This document shows positions 61,145-64,000 of a stretch of DNA of 64,000 nucleotides, one piece after another (the first letter of the stretch is position 1; each line of letters starts with the position of its first letter). Below the pieces are notes generated by a model that was not told the DNA's origin, ran no database searches, and saw only the letters and a list, made by a program, of their open reading frames with translations. The translations under genes and the position numbers were made by a program. Source of the DNA: Clostridia bacterium. GTDB lineage: Bacteria > Bacillota > Clostridia > RGIG7378. The stretch covers positions 270 to 64,269 of the forward strand of contig JAFYSJ010000034.1 of NCBI GenBank assembly GCA_017559445.1. The letters run 5' to 3'.

Positions 61145-61651
61145 TTATTCTTCATAAAGAAAATCCTTCTGTCGAATTTCAAATCTTTCTTTAAGAAATG
61201 CTTCTAACTCTTCAGTCTTGTATATTCTAAAATTATATTTCTTTTTGTTTAAAAATTCATTTCGATGTGGCCATCCTGGACGTTTGTTTTTTCTTCCATC
61301 ATTAAGAATATAATAATCTACCAATCCTTCGCCTTTACCAGCCAGATTGAGTTTTCCTTCTTCTACAAACTTAACATTTTCAAGAAGCACTATATTCTTT
61401 GTGCGCAGCGCATTTCTTACTATAATCTTATCTTCGTAAATCTCAAATCTTTCACACTCAAGAATCCAATAAAACACAGAAAAGACCAGTTGATATATTG
61501 GAAAAAACAAAAAAGCAAGTCCTTTATTTCCCCAAATGACGCATGCAATCATAGTTATAAAAAAACAAAATCCTGCAAGTATCAAAAAGGCTAACATCAT
61601 TTCTTTTTGCCCTTGATGCACTGGTTGCTTAAAAAGCAATTTATCTTTCAT
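61145..61651 (-). CDS. Hypothetical membrane protein (2 TM), low-GC islet
   Basis: 168-aa ORF, AT-rich codon usage distinct from neighbours. Confidence 0.55.
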   Translation of the reverse strand: MKDKLLFKQPVHQGQKEMMLAFLILAGFCFFITMIACVIWGNKGLAFLFFPIYQLVFSVFYWILECERFEIYEDKIIVRNALRTKNIVLLENVKFVEEGKLNLAGKGEGLVDYYILNDGRKNKRPGWPHRNEFLNKKKYNFRIYKTEELEAFLKERFEIRQKDFLYEE

Positions 61652-62003
61652 AACTCACCTCTAAAGTCTTGTTCAAGACCTTAACAACTGTTGCTTTTCC
61701 TACAACAATTGAACCTTCCTGTATGATAATTTCCTTACCAATCCACAAGCAATTAGGGTATGCTTCTGGTGTTATAAATGTTATTGTGCCCTTTACCCTT
61801 GTATTGGGATAAACGCATTCAACTTCATTGTATTTGTGAATGCCTGTTGTTAAATAATCATCCTTTACCAAATGGGCTGGTCTATATCCATCATATATTG
61901 GCTTAGTTTTTACGTCATTGAACTCAAAAACAACCTCAACATCTGGTGATCGCTCGAAGATATTCTCCAAATTATCCTCCTTCATTTGCCCCACTTTACA
62001 CAA
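61641..62003 (-). CDS. Hypothetical small beta-rich protein, low-GC islet (start uncertain)
   Basis: 120-aa ORF overlapping the upstream gene by 11 nt. Confidence 0.45.
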   Translation of the reverse strand: MCKVGQMKEDNLENIFERSPDVEVVFEFNDVKTKPIYDGYRPAHLVKDDYLTTGIHKYNEVECVYPNTRVKGTITFITPEAYPNCLWIGKEIIIQEGSIVVGKATVVKVLNKTLEVSYER

Positions 62004-62013
62004 TTAACTAGAA

Positions 62014-62370
62014 CTATTCTTCAGGTGTTTCTATCTCTCCCTTGAACTCGGCACGTGTTACAACCCATTCCTTCTCTACCTTTTCAATGTAAAGATCAAT
62101 TGCATAATATTTGCCTTCTTTTGTCCATGCTTCTACTGGGATTAACATTTCTGTTTCAGAAAGTTCCTCATATGTGGTTTCGTTTAATGTTATTCCTTCA
62201 ATGTGACCACATGCATTCTGTAATTCCTCTGATGATTGGACATAGTCCCAACATGGGTCTCCAATAGGATCATAAACAATCATTGGACCAATCCAGAACA
62301 TAACTAGACACCAAAGTGCCAAAAAGCCACCAACAACAGCTAATAAAATTATAATTGCTTTTTTGTCCAT
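62014..62370 (-). CDS. Hypothetical signal-anchored small protein, low-GC islet
   Basis: 118-aa ORF, N-terminal TM. Confidence 0.5.
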   Translation of the reverse strand: MDKKAIIILLAVVGGFLALWCLVMFWIGPMIVYDPIGDPCWDYVQSSEELQNACGHIEGITLNETTYEELSETEMLIPVEAWTKEGKYYAIDLYIEKVEKEWVVTRAEFKGEIETPEE

Positions 62371-62401
62371 GTTTCCTCCAGGTTATTTATTGGATTAACG
62401 T

Positions 62402-63037
62402 TCAGCAAATATTACCGAATATCAAAAAGATGACACAAAGCAATACAATCAAAGCTACTAATATACTCCATTTATATATCTTTTGGTTTATCTCAGCTCT
62501 GTTGTACACACACTTATCAAGAGAAATATTCCATTCTTTCATCTTTTCCCAGAAAATCTCCTGATTAGCCAGATAAACATCCTGATCTCTATATGTCTTA
62601 TGCTTCAAATTCTCTCCCATGTATTTTTCTACATCATCAACCACATTTATATACACAAGAGACAGTGGTGCAATATAGTTCTCACATAATATTGTTGCAA
62701 GTTTGTAAGAGATTTCCTTACGATAAAGAACTACTGTTTCCCTATGAATTCCAACATCTTTTACTATGTAATATTTTGACTTTATTTCAGACCAACTATG
62801 TTTATACAGCAAGATATTAAAAAGGTAGATGTATATTCCGTCGTTTTGTAAAACGAACGTTCTTCCTGCAGATAATATCCATGGAACGACCAACAACAGA
62901 CCACAAAAAAGCAAATAAGCCATCAATATCGCATGAGATCTATCGCCCAAAATCATCATCGGTATTCCTATAGCGGTGATGATTAACAGAACAAGAGCAT
63001 GTTCAATACTACGAATGAGAGGTGTTTTTATTTCCAT
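62402..63037 (-). CDS. Hypothetical polytopic membrane protein, low-GC islet
   Basis: 211-aa ORF, 4 predicted TM. Confidence 0.55.
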   Translation of the reverse strand: MEIKTPLIRSIEHALVLLIITAIGIPMMILGDRSHAILMAYLLFCGLLLVVPWILSAGRTFVLQNDGIYIYLFNILLYKHSWSEIKSKYYIVKDVGIHRETVVLYRKEISYKLATILCENYIAPLSLVYINVVDDVEKYMGENLKHKTYRDQDVYLANQEIFWEKMKEWNISLDKCVYNRAEINQKIYKWSILVALIVLLCVIFLIFGNIC

Positions 63038-63095
63038 GCTAACCTCCTTATTGCTTATCTATTTTCATCATAATATGCCAACCTATTTTACGCAA

Positions 63096-63119
63096 CAAAA
63101 AACCGAGGTTTCCCTCGGC
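63096..63119 (-). terminator. Terminator hairpin CCGAGG-tttc-CCTCGG with U-run on minus; terminates a minus-strand transcript coming from the ORF-free region to its right
   Basis: identical hairpin to 41725-41740. Confidence 0.55.
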
Positions 63120-64000
63120 TACATTCTATATTTAATTTGAGTTGATTCAGGCATTGAATCCAAGATGACCTGTATTCGCAACATTCCCACAGAATTCATC
63201 TCACTACTTTTAAATACAAGAGATCGCTTCCAACACGTAGAAATCCCAACAACACAACAGAAATAACAGTCCACTGTTATCTTTCAACAGATTAAAGAGG
63301 TAAGTATTATCAACACAAGGATACCAATCATGGCACCACATATTAACCACAAAAACTAAATATCGGGAGGATGGTACACCCACTAAACTATGTAACAACC
63401 TCGTTAAAAAATGTTGGACTGAGTGAACCGGAGCACAGTGGGATGAAGACACTCCGGCGTTTTGTGTGTAATTCTTTCCACGTTAGCAAAATGCCGCAGC
63501 GTGGCTGACTGCACCACGTTGAAAATAAAGCAGCGGAGGACATGGCTATTGCCATCGGGTGTAGTAAGGCCCGTTCCAGTGTGTCGCCTTCAGTTATACC
63601 AGTCGGATGGAAGTACTGGTGAAAATCTTATCTCCCCTACCAAGTAGGAATCCGATAAGATTGGAACGCTGATTGAATTACGAAAGAACTGTCCAAGCAT
63701 TAGCTTAGATAAGTAAGGCCACTTCCTGGTCTTACTATGTCCAAAACGATAAAGGGAAAAACAAAGGTAGATGACAACCTATACTATATAGAACTTCACC
63801 GATATAATATCCTTCCCTTTACTGCTAAGGATAGTTCTAAAATAAAAAGTTATTTTGTATGAGTGCATATATTCACATAAGAAGGACGGTAGATAAGAGA
63901 TGTAACAACATAAGAATCAAGATAAAACAAAAGGACTGCGTTCTGGAGCAATCTTGTTTTGCCTTGCCATAAAATATCCTCCTGGATTAATATTACTTTA

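Overview
This 64 kb window is chromosomal DNA from a low-GC Gram-positive bacterium, probably a Clostridia-class Firmicute. The call rests on groESL preceded by a CIRCE operator, the rpe-rsgA-prkC-stp block, DarA-type c-di-AMP receptors, long-form HPF, and Pro/Thr-rich surface linkers.

The gene content has two parts:
- Housekeeping genes: groES/groEL, pcrA, hpf, rqcH, rpe, rsgA, prkC, stp, trmK, rnpB, tkt, aspS, rsfS, nadE, serA, a PhoA-family phosphatase, a cysteine desulfurase, and a glycine-riboswitch-controlled AgcS symporter. There are five tRNAs: Trp, CAU, Ala, Glu and Thr.
- An accessory layer, which is more unusual. It is a multigene family of large secreted or anchored proteins built from four shuffled module types: BspA-type leucine-rich repeats, GLUG-like repeats, Pro/Thr linkers, and a recurring ~40-aa Cys/His 'H...C...CxxC' module. 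Three paralogs sit in tandem at 1-8170. Other members are at 8267-10363, 15802-18756 and 51581-53533.

The most striking non-coding signal is a family of modular repeat arrays present at five intergenic loci (about 11040, 21661, 23655, 32801 and 60937). Each array is 10 to 25 tandem modules. A module is a constant ~8-9 nt CTAG-containing motif (TTCACTAGC, or its reverse complement) alternating with a short GC-rich mini-hairpin with a triloop. The mini-hairpins come from a small shared repertoire. Two loci additionally carry an identical ~70 nt structured 'core' preceded by (T)AGTGTT repeats. I do not recognise this as any described element (it is not CRISPR, not REP/BIME-like in orientation, and not an IS).

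Other points worth follow-up:
- an ORF-free ~900 bp structured region at the 3' end of the window with mutually exclusive hairpins;
- an orphan Flp-type pilin-like gene between rsfS and nadE;
- tandem DarA paralogs next to rnpB;
- a recent ~1.1 kb intragenic tandem duplication in a GLUG-repeat surface protein;
- a 30-bp coding VNTR;
- a low-GC islet of small membrane proteins.

Coordinates derived by hand (tRNAs, RNA elements, revised starts) may be off by 1-2 nt.
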